Of a stretch of 64,000 bases of DNA, positions 50,961 to 59,554 are shown piece after piece. Positions within the stretch are counted from its first letter, which is position 1; every line of letters starts with the position of its first letter. The notes under the pieces are model-generated. The model was not told the DNA's origin, made no database searches, and saw nothing but the letters and a program-made list of their open reading frames with translations. Source of the stretch: an uncultured delta proteobacterium (GTDB lineage: Bacteria > Myxococcota_A > Polyangia > Polyangiales > JAFGIB01); assembly GCA_963778655.1 (NCBI GenBank), contig CAVZVA010000003.1, positions 64,001-128,000 on the forward strand. The letters are read 5' to 3'. Made by a program: the position numbers and the translations under genes.

Positions 50961-52703
50961 GTGCGTCTCACGACCTTCGTGCTCGTTGCTCGCCTGCCGC
51001 TCGCGGGCCTGTTTGTTTCGTGTGCGATCGCGAGCGGCGTGCGCGCGCAGGCGCGACCGCTGACGGCACCACCGCCCGGGGCGCCCGCCCCTGCGCCGGC
51101 CCCCGCCCCTGCGGCAGCGCCCACGCCGCCCGGCGCGACCAGCGCGCCCGCGGCTTCGGCTCAGCCGGCGCCGGCTGCCCCGGCCGCCGTTTCCGCGGCG
51201 CCCGCGCGCGCGCCTGCAACCCCGCCCGGACCGGCCCTGCGCCTGCGTGAGGCCGTCAGCAGCACGCTGCGCCGGCACCCCGCAATCGCGCTTTCGCGCA
51301 CTGAGCTGGCCGCGCGTAGCGCCGATGTGCTCGCCGAGCGGGCGCCCTTCGACCCGGTGCTCAACACCGCGCTCAGTCAAAACCGCGACGCGAGCTACCT
51401 CTTGCCTGCAGAGCGCGCGGCGGCCGGGGAGCGCGCGCTCAATACCGACACCACGAGCTGGAGCGTTGGCGCCACGGCCGGCTTTCAGTGGGGCATGAGC
51501 GTGGCACCCACGGTCACCCTCGAGCGGATCAACCCGCGCCGCGTTCCCAATCCCGCGGGCCTGCCCAGCGGTCTCGCGCAACGGGCGCAGGTCGATCTGC
51601 AGGTCGTGCAGCCGTTGCTGCGCGGGCGCGGCACCGTCGGCGCCGCCAGCGGGTTGCGCGCGGCCGAGCGCGCGCGCGCGGCCGCAGAGCACAACGCGGC
51701 CCATACCGCGCAGGCCCAGGTGTTCGACACCATCGTGGCCTACTACCGATTCGTCGCCGCCAACCGGAACCTCGCGCGGTTGCAGGAGTCGGTGGCGCGC
51801 GCGCAGAAGCTGTTCGAAGAGACGCGGCTCTTGGTCGAGGCCGAGCACCGCACGCGCGCAGACTTACGCCAGGTGGAAGCGAGCCTGCAGAACCAGACCA
51901 GCGGCCTGCTGGCTGCCGAGGACGACCTCATGCAGGCGCGATACGAGCTGGCGCTCGCTATGGGTCTCGATGGACGCGACGTGCCGCAATGGGAGCCGGC
52001 CGACGATTTCCCGGCCGCGCACGTGCCCCAGCTCGGCTTCGACCTGGCGGTGGACCAGGCCCTGCACGCGCGCCGCGACCTGCGCGCGGCCGACGAGACG
52101 CTGGCTTCGACCTCGGCGCTGCTCGCGGGCGCCGAGCGCAATGCCCTGCCCGAGCTCGACCTCGGCGTGTCGGTGGGCTACGCGGGCGCGCTCGACAGCG
52201 ACGGCGTGGGACCGTTCTTCGCCGCCGCCGGGCGCAACGTGCCGGGAGTCAACGCCGGCGCCTCGCTGACGCTCCAGCTGCCGATCAACAATGACGCGGC
52301 GCGAGCGACGCGCGATCTACGCCGTGCGGACCAGCAGAGCGCGCAGATCCAGCGTGCGGACCTCGACCGGCAGGTGCGCACCGGGGTGCTGAGCGCGCTC
52401 AGCGACGTGCGCCTCTCGGCCGCGGCGCTCGCGGCCGCCGAACGCGCGGTCGGCTTGCTGACGCAGGCCGTGACCGACGAGCGCGACAAGCTGCACGAGG
52501 GGCTGTCCACGATCATCGACGTGGTGCTGACCGAGGAGCGCCTGACGCAAGCCGAGCTGGCGCGCACCGCGCAGCGCCTGCGCTACGCGACCGCGCTCGC
52601 GCGCCTGCAATTCGAGAGCGGCGCGCTGCCCGAAAGCGAAAGCGCGGTCGCGCCGACCGCGGAGGCATTGCTCAACCCCGAGGAGAGCCATGCCGGAAGG
52701 TAG
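50961..52703 (+). CDS. TolC family outer membrane efflux protein
   Basis: Signal peptide and Pro/Ala linker, PFDPVL, QPLLRGRG, LPELDL, GLSTIIDVV. Overlaps the HlyD gene. Confidence 0.85.
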   Translation: MRLTTFVLVARLPLAGLFVSCAIASGVRAQARPLTAPPPGAPAPAPAPAPAAAPTPPGATSAPAASAQPAPAAPAAVSAAPARAPATPPGPALRLREAVSSTLRRHPAIALSRTELAARSADVLAERAPFDPVLNTALSQNRDASYLLPAERAAAGERALNTDTTSWSVGATAGFQWGMSVAPTVTLERINPRRVPNPAGLPSGLAQRAQVDLQVVQPLLRGRGTVGAASGLRAAERARAAAEHNAAHTAQAQVFDTIVAYYRFVAANRNLARLQESVARAQKLFEETRLLVEAEHRTRADLRQVEASLQNQTSGLLAAEDDLMQARYELALAMGLDGRDVPQWEPADDFPAAHVPQLGFDLAVDQALHARRDLRAADETLASTSALLAGAERNALPELDLGVSVGYAGALDSDGVGPFFAAAGRNVPGVNAGASLTLQLPINNDAARATRDLRRADQQSAQIQRADLDRQVRTGVLSALSDVRLSAAALAAAERAVGLLTQAVTDERDKLHEGLSTIIDVVLTEERLTQAELARTAQRLRYATALARLQFESGALPESESAVAPTAEALLNPEESHAGR

Positions 52704-53949
52704 CATCTTCCGCCAGGCCGCCCTCGATCGGTTGGCCTCCCCCGAGCAGCTGCACACGCTGATGAAGGTCACCGACGTCAAGGGCTGGCTCGCGCTGCTC
52801 GGCTGCGGCGTCCTGCTGGCGAGCGCGCTGATCTGGGGCGTGCTCGGCAGCGTGCCGACCAAGGTCGAGGCCAGCGGCATCCTGATCCACAGGGCGGGTC
52901 TGGCTGACGTGGTGGGCCTGGGCGCTGGGCAGGTCACCTCGATCGAGGTCGACGTCGGTGACTTCGTGCGCAAGGGCCAGGTGATCGCGCACCTGGCACA
53001 GCCCGAGCTCAAGGAGCAGATCGCAGGGCTCAACGCACAGCTGCGGGAGCTCCAGCTCGGCTACGAGAAGAGCAAGCAGCTCGAAGGCCAGGATACCCGC
53101 CTACGCGCCGCGGCCTCGGCGCAGCAGCAAACCACGCTGCAAGCGACCATCGCCTCGACCCAGCAGCGCAAGCGCGAGCTCGAAGAGCGGCTCGAGGCCC
53201 AGAAGCGCCTCTACGAGAAGGGCCTGGTGACCAAAGAGGCGCTGCAGACCACCCAGGACGCGCTGCGCTCCGCGGAGTCTTCCATGCACGGGATGCGCGC
53301 GGACATCGAGCAGGTCGCGGTCGGTCGGCTGTCGGCGGCGCGGGCGAACGACACCGAGCTGCGCCAGGCCGAGCTCCAGATCAAGGAGACCGAACGCCAG
53401 ATTCGCCTGCTCGAGCAGCGTCTCGACCAAAGCTCGCAGGTGACGAGCACCTACGACGGACGCGTGGTCGAAGTGCGCGCGATGGTCGGCGACGTGCTCG
53501 GCCCCGGACAACCGATCGTGAGCCTGGAGCGCACGGCCGAGGCCGGCGGGCTCGAGGCGCTGCTGTACATCGATTCGCGTCAGGGCAAGCTGCTCAAGCC
53601 CGGGATGCGCGTCGAGATCTCGCCCTCGGTCGCGCGACGCGAGCGTTACGGCGTGCTGCTGGGTCAGGTGCGGACGGTCGAGCAGTTTCCCTCCACGCGC
53701 CGTGGCATGATGCGGGTGCTGCACAACGAGCAGCTCGTCGACAGCTTTCTGACGGATACCCAGGGCGTGCCGATCGCGGTCCGCGCGCGGCTGCGTGTCG
53801 AGCCCAGCACGCCGAGCGGCTATCGCTGGTCCTCGCGCCACGGACCCAACCTCAAGCTGACCAGCGGGACGCGCTGCACGGCGGCGCTAACCACGGCCAC
53901 ACAGAGGCCGATTTCACTGCTGTTTCCGATTCTCGAGCGAGGCCTCTGA
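52690..53949 (+). CDS. NHLM bacteriocin system secretion protein (HlyD family)
   Basis: IFRQAALDRLASPEQL, coiled coil, PSGYRWSS.GP, RPISLLFP. Confidence 0.92.
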   Translation: MPEGSIFRQAALDRLASPEQLHTLMKVTDVKGWLALLGCGVLLASALIWGVLGSVPTKVEASGILIHRAGLADVVGLGAGQVTSIEVDVGDFVRKGQVIAHLAQPELKEQIAGLNAQLRELQLGYEKSKQLEGQDTRLRAAASAQQQTTLQATIASTQQRKRELEERLEAQKRLYEKGLVTKEALQTTQDALRSAESSMHGMRADIEQVAVGRLSAARANDTELRQAELQIKETERQIRLLEQRLDQSSQVTSTYDGRVVEVRAMVGDVLGPGQPIVSLERTAEAGGLEALLYIDSRQGKLLKPGMRVEISPSVARRERYGVLLGQVRTVEQFPSTRRGMMRVLHNEQLVDSFLTDTQGVPIAVRARLRVEPSTPSGYRWSSRHGPNLKLTSGTRCTAALTTATQRPISLLFPILERGL

Positions 53950-53952
53950 GCC

Positions 53953-56109
53953 ATGCGAGCTCGCAAGCCCGGCCAGCGCGTGCGCACCCCGACGCGGCTG
54001 CAGATGGAGGCGACCGAATGCGGGGCGGCCTCGCTCGCGATCGTCATGGAGCACTTCGGCAGCTACCTGCCGCTGGCCAAGCTGCGCCAGGAGTGCGGCG
54101 TGTCACGCGACGGCAGCAAGGCGAGCAACGTGCTGAAAGCGGCGCGTACCTACGGGTTCGACGCGCGGGGCTATCGCAAGGAACCCGACGAGCTCAGGGA
54201 GCTCGCGATGCCGGTGATCATCCACTGGAACTTCAATCACTTCTTGGTGCTCGACGGCTTCGGCAAGAACCGCGTGTATTTGAACGACCCGGCGAGCGGG
54301 CCCCGCACGGTGACCGAGGAGGAGCTCGAGCACGCCTTCACCGGCGTGGTGCTGGTGCTCACGCCGACTGAGAGCTTCGTGCCCCAGGGAAGGCGGCCGC
54401 GCCTGTTGCCCTCGCTGCTGCGGCGGCTCTCGGGCTCGAGGGCGGCGCTCGCGTATGTGGTGCTGTGCGGGCTCGGGCTGGTGTTGCCCGGGCTGCTGAT
54501 CCCGATCTTCGGCAAGGTCTTCGTCGACGACATCCTGATCAGCGGCAAGCAGGACTGGCTGCGCGGATTGCTGCTGGGGATGGCGCTCACGGCCGCGCTG
54601 CGTGCTCTGCTGACCGCGCTGCAGCGCGGCTACTTGATCAAGCTGGTGATGAAGCTCGGCGTGAGCATGTCGAGCGTGTTCATGTGGCACGCGCTGCGCC
54701 TACCCGTCGGCTTCTTCTTCGCGCGCTCGCCCGGCGATCTGGCCAGCCGGGTCCAGCTCAACGATTCGGTCGCGAGCGTGCTTTCCGGCCAGCTCTCGCG
54801 CGTGATCCTGGACCTCTCGCTGGTCACCTTCTACGCCGCGTTGATGCTGTACTACGATCCGTGGCTCACGCTGGTCGGCTTCGCCACCGCGGTCGCGCAT
54901 CTGGGTCTGCTCAAGCTCGCCGAACGCATGCGCGCCGATCTGAGCCAGCGCGCAGCGCAGGAAGGCGGAAAGCTCGCGGGCGTGGCGGCCTCCGGCTTGC
55001 AGATGATCGAGACGCTCAAAGCGACCGGCTCCGAGTCCGACTTCTTCGGCCAATGGGCCGGCCATCAGGCCAAGCTGGTCGATGCACAGCAGTCGCTGCT
55101 GCGGCGCGAGCAATGGATTCAAGTCGCGGTCGGAGCGCTCTCGCGCGCCAATTCCCTGCTGGTGCTGGGGTTGGGCGCGCTACGCGTGATCGACGGACAC
55201 CTGAGCGTGGGCGGCCTGGTCGCGTTCCAGAGCCTGATGGTGAGCTTCGTGACGCCGATCGAGGGACTGGCGCAGTTCGGGGCCTCGCTGCAGCAGCTGC
55301 GCGGCAACGTGGAGAGGCTGGACGACGTGCTCGGCCAGGCGCAGGACACGACCGTCTCCGCGGTCGACGGCGACGACTCACGCCGGCGCCTGACCGGCGA
55401 GCTCGAGCTGCGGGGGGTGACCTTCGGCTACCTGCCGTTCACGCCGCCGCTCGTCGACGACCTCGCGCTCCACATCGCGCCGGGGCAGCGCGTGGCGCTG
55501 GTGGGCGGTACCGGGAGCGGCAAGTCCACGATCGCCAAGCTGGTGACGGGACTGTACGCGCCCTGGTCCGGCAGCATTCTGTTCGACGGCGAGCAGCGCG
55601 ACACGCTGCCGCGCTCGGCGCTGGCGGCCTCGGTCGCCTTGGTCGACCAAGACATCACGCTGTTCGAAGGTACCGTGCGCGAAAACCTCGTGCTGTGGGA
55701 CGACACCATTCCGGAAACCGACGTGGTGCAGGCAGCCAAAGACGCCTGCATCCACGAGGACATCAGCAAGCTGCCGGGAGGCTACGACGCACGCGTCACC
55801 GAAGGCGGGTACAACTTCAGCGGCGGCCAGCGCCAGCGGCTCGAGATCGCGCGCGCGCTGGTGCGTCAGCCCGCATTGCTGGTGCTCGACGAAGCCACCA
55901 GTGCCCTCGATGCCGAGACCGAGCGGCGGGTGGACGAGAACCTGCGCCTTCGCGGTTGCAGCTGCTTGATCGTGGCCCACCGCCTGAGCACCATTCGCGA
56001 CAGCGATGAGATCATCGTGCTCGACAGCGGACGCGTGGTGCAGCGGGGCTCTCACGAGCAGCTGCTCGCCGAAGGCGGGCAGTACAAAGAGCTGATCACC
56101 TCGGCCTGA
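53953..56109 (+). CDS. NHLM bacteriocin ABC transporter, C39 peptidase/ATP-binding subunit
   Basis: RTPTRLQMEATECGAASL, CGVSRDGSKA, WNFNHFLV, NDPASG, GGTGSGKST, FSGGQRQRLEIARAL. Confidence 0.95.
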   Translation: MRARKPGQRVRTPTRLQMEATECGAASLAIVMEHFGSYLPLAKLRQECGVSRDGSKASNVLKAARTYGFDARGYRKEPDELRELAMPVIIHWNFNHFLVLDGFGKNRVYLNDPASGPRTVTEEELEHAFTGVVLVLTPTESFVPQGRRPRLLPSLLRRLSGSRAALAYVVLCGLGLVLPGLLIPIFGKVFVDDILISGKQDWLRGLLLGMALTAALRALLTALQRGYLIKLVMKLGVSMSSVFMWHALRLPVGFFFARSPGDLASRVQLNDSVASVLSGQLSRVILDLSLVTFYAALMLYYDPWLTLVGFATAVAHLGLLKLAERMRADLSQRAAQEGGKLAGVAASGLQMIETLKATGSESDFFGQWAGHQAKLVDAQQSLLRREQWIQVAVGALSRANSLLVLGLGALRVIDGHLSVGGLVAFQSLMVSFVTPIEGLAQFGASLQQLRGNVERLDDVLGQAQDTTVSAVDGDDSRRRLTGELELRGVTFGYLPFTPPLVDDLALHIAPGQRVALVGGTGSGKSTIAKLVTGLYAPWSGSILFDGEQRDTLPRSALAASVALVDQDITLFEGTVRENLVLWDDTIPETDVVQAAKDACIHEDISKLPGGYDARVTEGGYNFSGGQRQRLEIARALVRQPALLVLDEATSALDAETERRVDENLRLRGCSCLIVAHRLSTIRDSDEIIVLDSGRVVQRGSHEQLLAEGGQYKELITSA

Positions 56110-56113
56110 GCGC

Positions 56114-59032
56114 ATGAGCGGCTATGAGCACATCGCGTGGCTGAAGCAGCGCCTAGGCCCGTACATCACCGAAATCCCGGTCCAGGGAGACCAACCGCTG
56201 CTGCTCGACGACCCGAGCTGCGCCTACGTGACGCTGTCCGAGCATCACCAGTTGTTCTGCGTCGGCTATCGCGACGGCAAGGCACAAGGGCGGCGCGAGC
56301 ACCTGGCCCGTTGCCAACCCGGCCAAGTGGTGTTCGGTCTCGAGCCGCAAGTCCAGGGCGAGGCCACGGTGCTGCTGCTGTCCGGCGTCACCGGCAGCAT
56401 GGTCTGGCGCGTGCCCACGGCGGCGCTGATCGCGCAGAAAGATCAGCGCGACGGCCGCCCGGTGATCGCCGACCTGTTCGAGCGCTGGATCGAGCTGCTG
56501 ATCGCCACGCTGCCGCAGGTGCCGGTGCCCACCTGCAGCCAGGCCGTACGCGCCGGCGAGCTGATCGACGCCGAGCCGGAGCGGGCGCTGCGGGTCGAGG
56601 GCGCGGGCCTGCTGTGGGTCGCGCCGCGTGACGCGCTGGCGTATCGCGGCGTCGCGCCCTCTGCCGTGGGCGTGCCGGTGAGCTGCTGGCCGCTGACCGC
56701 CTCGGCCTGGGCGCTGTGCGCGCGCGAGCGCTTCAAGGTCTGGACCACCGAGGAGCTGCTCGCCTCCGGCAGCGGTACGCGTTTCGCGGACAGCTTCTAC
56801 GCGTTCCTGGTCGCGGTCGCGAGCCAGAAGCGCGCCACGCTCGCAGCCGAACGCCTGCACCGCGACGCGGCGTCTGCGGCGGCCGAGCGCGTGCAGCTGG
56901 GCGAGTCGCTGGCCGAGCTGGCAGCCGTCGGCAGCGGCCTTCGCCTCGAGGGCGAACGCCTGTCGGGCGACGCATTCGCGCGCGCCTGCCGGCGCATCTT
57001 TGCGTGGCTGAAGCTGGCGTCGCCGCCGCGCCTGGTCGAGCCGCGCGGCCCCGGCCTCTCGCACATGCAGGCCGCGCTCAGCCGCATGACCGGAGTGCGC
57101 ACGCGCGCCGTGCTGCTCGATGGGGCGTTCTGGAAGGACGACGCCGGACCGCTGCTCGGCTTTCTGATCGAGCGCGACGAGGTTCACCATCCAGTCGCGC
57201 TGCTGCCGGGCAGGGGCGGCTACGAGCTGTACGATCCGCGCGACGGCAGCGTGCGGGCGCTCGACCCGGCGTTGAGCCAGCAGCTCCACCCGCAGGCCTA
57301 CCAGTTCTACCGGACGCTGCCCCGCAGCCCGCTGGGGCCGTGGCAGGTGCTGCGCTTCTCGGCGGCGCGGGTGGGGCGCGACCTGGCGGTGGTCGGATTG
57401 ATCGGGCTGACCAGCGGGCTACTCGGCACGCTGGTGCCGCTGCTCACCGGGCAGGTCTTCGACCGCATCATCCCCGGGGCCGAACGCGGCTTGCTGATGC
57501 AGCTCACGCTGGTGTTGCTGGGAATCTACGCCGGCTCTTTCCTGTTCGATGTGGCGCGCGGGCTGGCGCTGGTACGGGTGCAGACGCGCATGGACGCCAC
57601 CCTCGAGGCGGCGATCTGGGATCGCTTGCTCAGCCTGCCGCTGCCGTTCTTTCGCGATTACTCGGCGGGCGACCTGGCCTCGCGTGCGATGGGCATCGGG
57701 GCGATTCGCGCGGTGCTGGCCGACGTCGTGCTCTCGAGCATGCTCGCGGGCATCTTCTCGATTTGGAACTTCGCGCTGCTGTTCTACTTCGATCTCCGGC
57801 TAGCGCTGGCGGCATCGGCGCTGGTGCTGGTGGCAACCGCAGTAGCAGGCACGGCGTCGTACTACGAGCTCGGACAGCGGCGGCGCGTCTCGGAGCTCGA
57901 CGGACGCATCAGCGGGCTCTTGCTGCAACTGTTCAACGGCATCGCCAAGCTGCGCATCTCGGCCAGCGAGAATCGCGCCTTCGGCGTGTGGGCGCAGCTC
58001 TTCTCGCGGCGTAGAGACGCGGACCTCGGCCGCGAGCGCATCGGCATCCGCGTGTCGGTATTCCAGGCCGCGTTTCCGCTGGCGTGCACCATGCTGCTCT
58101 ACTTTCTGGTAGCCGGCGGCGGCGCGCAGACGCTCAGCACCGGCCAGTTCCTGGCGTTCAACGCGGCCTTTTCCACGTTTCTGCGCGCGGTGCTCGACAT
58201 GGTTGGGGCCGGACTGCAGGCTCTGAGCGTGATCCCGCTCTACGAGCGCGCCAAGCCCATTCTCACCAGCCCCTTGGAGAGCCAGGGGCAAAGCGACGTG
58301 CGCGTCGACATCAAGGGTGCGCTCGAGGTGAGCCATGTGTCGTTCCGCTATGCCAAGGACGCGCCGCTGGTGCTCGACGACGTGACGCTGCGCATCGAGC
58401 CCGGCGAATTCGTCGCGATCGTCGGCCCTTCCGGCTCCGGCAAGTCGACGCTGCTGCGGGTCCTGCTCGGATTCGAAGCGCCGCCGGAAGGCGGAGTGTA
58501 CTACGACGGTCAAGCGCTGTCGGGCTTGGACGTGCGTGCCGTGCGCCAGCAGATCGGCGTGGTCTTGCAACACAGCCAGCTCACCGCGGGGGACATCTAC
58601 AGCAACATCGTCAGCAACAGCGGATTGAGCCTCGACGAGGCCTGGCGGGCGGCGCGCCAGGCCGCCTTCGACAAGGACATCGAGGCGATGCCGATGGGGA
58701 TGCACACCGTGATCTCGGCCGGCGGCGGCACGCTATCGGGGGGCCAGCGCCAGCGGCTGATGATCGCGCGCGCGCTGGCCATGCAGCCCAAGATCCTGTT
58801 CTTCGACGAGGCCACCAGCGCGCTCGACAACCGCACGCAGGCCGTGGTCAGCGACAGCCTCGATGGCTTGCGCGTGACGCGGGTCGTGATCGCGCACCGC
58901 CTGAGCACGATCCGCAACGCGGACAGGATCGTGGTGCTCGAACGGGGACGCGTGGTGCAGATGGGACGCTTCGAGGCGCTGCTGGCGGAGGGGGGCGCGT
59001 TCGGCACGCTCGCCCGCCGGCAGATGATCTGA
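56114..59032 (+). CDS. NHLM bacteriocin ABC transporter, second permease/ATP-binding subunit
   Basis: WKDDAGPLL, degenerate peptidase region, GPSGSGKST, MPMGMHTVIS, LSGGQRQR, FDEATSALDN. Confidence 0.93.
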   Translation: MSGYEHIAWLKQRLGPYITEIPVQGDQPLLLDDPSCAYVTLSEHHQLFCVGYRDGKAQGRREHLARCQPGQVVFGLEPQVQGEATVLLLSGVTGSMVWRVPTAALIAQKDQRDGRPVIADLFERWIELLIATLPQVPVPTCSQAVRAGELIDAEPERALRVEGAGLLWVAPRDALAYRGVAPSAVGVPVSCWPLTASAWALCARERFKVWTTEELLASGSGTRFADSFYAFLVAVASQKRATLAAERLHRDAASAAAERVQLGESLAELAAVGSGLRLEGERLSGDAFARACRRIFAWLKLASPPRLVEPRGPGLSHMQAALSRMTGVRTRAVLLDGAFWKDDAGPLLGFLIERDEVHHPVALLPGRGGYELYDPRDGSVRALDPALSQQLHPQAYQFYRTLPRSPLGPWQVLRFSAARVGRDLAVVGLIGLTSGLLGTLVPLLTGQVFDRIIPGAERGLLMQLTLVLLGIYAGSFLFDVARGLALVRVQTRMDATLEAAIWDRLLSLPLPFFRDYSAGDLASRAMGIGAIRAVLADVVLSSMLAGIFSIWNFALLFYFDLRLALAASALVLVATAVAGTASYYELGQRRRVSELDGRISGLLLQLFNGIAKLRISASENRAFGVWAQLFSRRRDADLGRERIGIRVSVFQAAFPLACTMLLYFLVAGGGAQTLSTGQFLAFNAAFSTFLRAVLDMVGAGLQALSVIPLYERAKPILTSPLESQGQSDVRVDIKGALEVSHVSFRYAKDAPLVLDDVTLRIEPGEFVAIVGPSGSGKSTLLRVLLGFEAPPEGGVYYDGQALSGLDVRAVRQQIGVVLQHSQLTAGDIYSNIVSNSGLSLDEAWRAARQAAFDKDIEAMPMGMHTVISAGGGTLSGGQRQRLMIARALAMQPKILFFDEATSALDNRTQAVVSDSLDGLRVTRVVIAHRLSTIRNADRIVVLERGRVVQMGRFEALLAEGGAFGTLARRQMI

Positions 59033-59043
59033 GAGGGAGCGGT

Positions 59044-59550
59044 ATGCGCAAGGTACTCTTCATCTTCGGGCAGCTCAAAGACAGCGACGTCAACTGGCTG
59101 GCCAAGGCCGGCCGCAGACAGCGGGTGGAGGCCGGGGCCACGCTGATCCGCGAGGGCGTCGAGGTCGACACCTTGTACATCGTGCTCAACGGAGAGCTGC
59201 TGGTGACCCAGGGCGAGGAGCGGCGGCAGGTGGCGCGTCTGGGCGCGGGCGAGGTCGTCGGCGAGATGTCGTTCATCGATGCCCGCCCGCCGAGCGCGAC
59301 CGTGACCGCCGCGACCCAGGCGGTCGTCTACGCCGTGCCCAAAGCGCGGCTCGAGCAAGAGCTCGTGGCCAACTCGGCGTTCGCCGCTCGCTTCTACCGA
59401 GCGCTCGCGATCCTCCTGTCCGACCGCGTTCGCAAGGCGCTCGGCTCGCAGGAGGGCGACCCGGACGAGCTCGACGCCAACGTGCTCGACAACGTCGACC
59501 GCGCCGGTGCGCGATTCGATGCGCTCGGGCGCCAGCTGCTCGACGGATGA
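59044..59550 (+). CDS. Cyclic nucleotide-binding domain protein associated with bacteriocin transport
   Basis: MRKVLFIFGQL.DSDV.W, GEVVGEMSFIDARPPSATV, FAARFYRALA, ELD.NVLD...AGARFD. Confidence 0.88.
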   Translation: MRKVLFIFGQLKDSDVNWLAKAGRRQRVEAGATLIREGVEVDTLYIVLNGELLVTQGEERRQVARLGAGEVVGEMSFIDARPPSATVTAATQAVVYAVPKARLEQELVANSAFAARFYRALAILLSDRVRKALGSQEGDPDELDANVLDNVDRAGARFDALGRQLLDG

Positions 59551-59554
59551 GGCG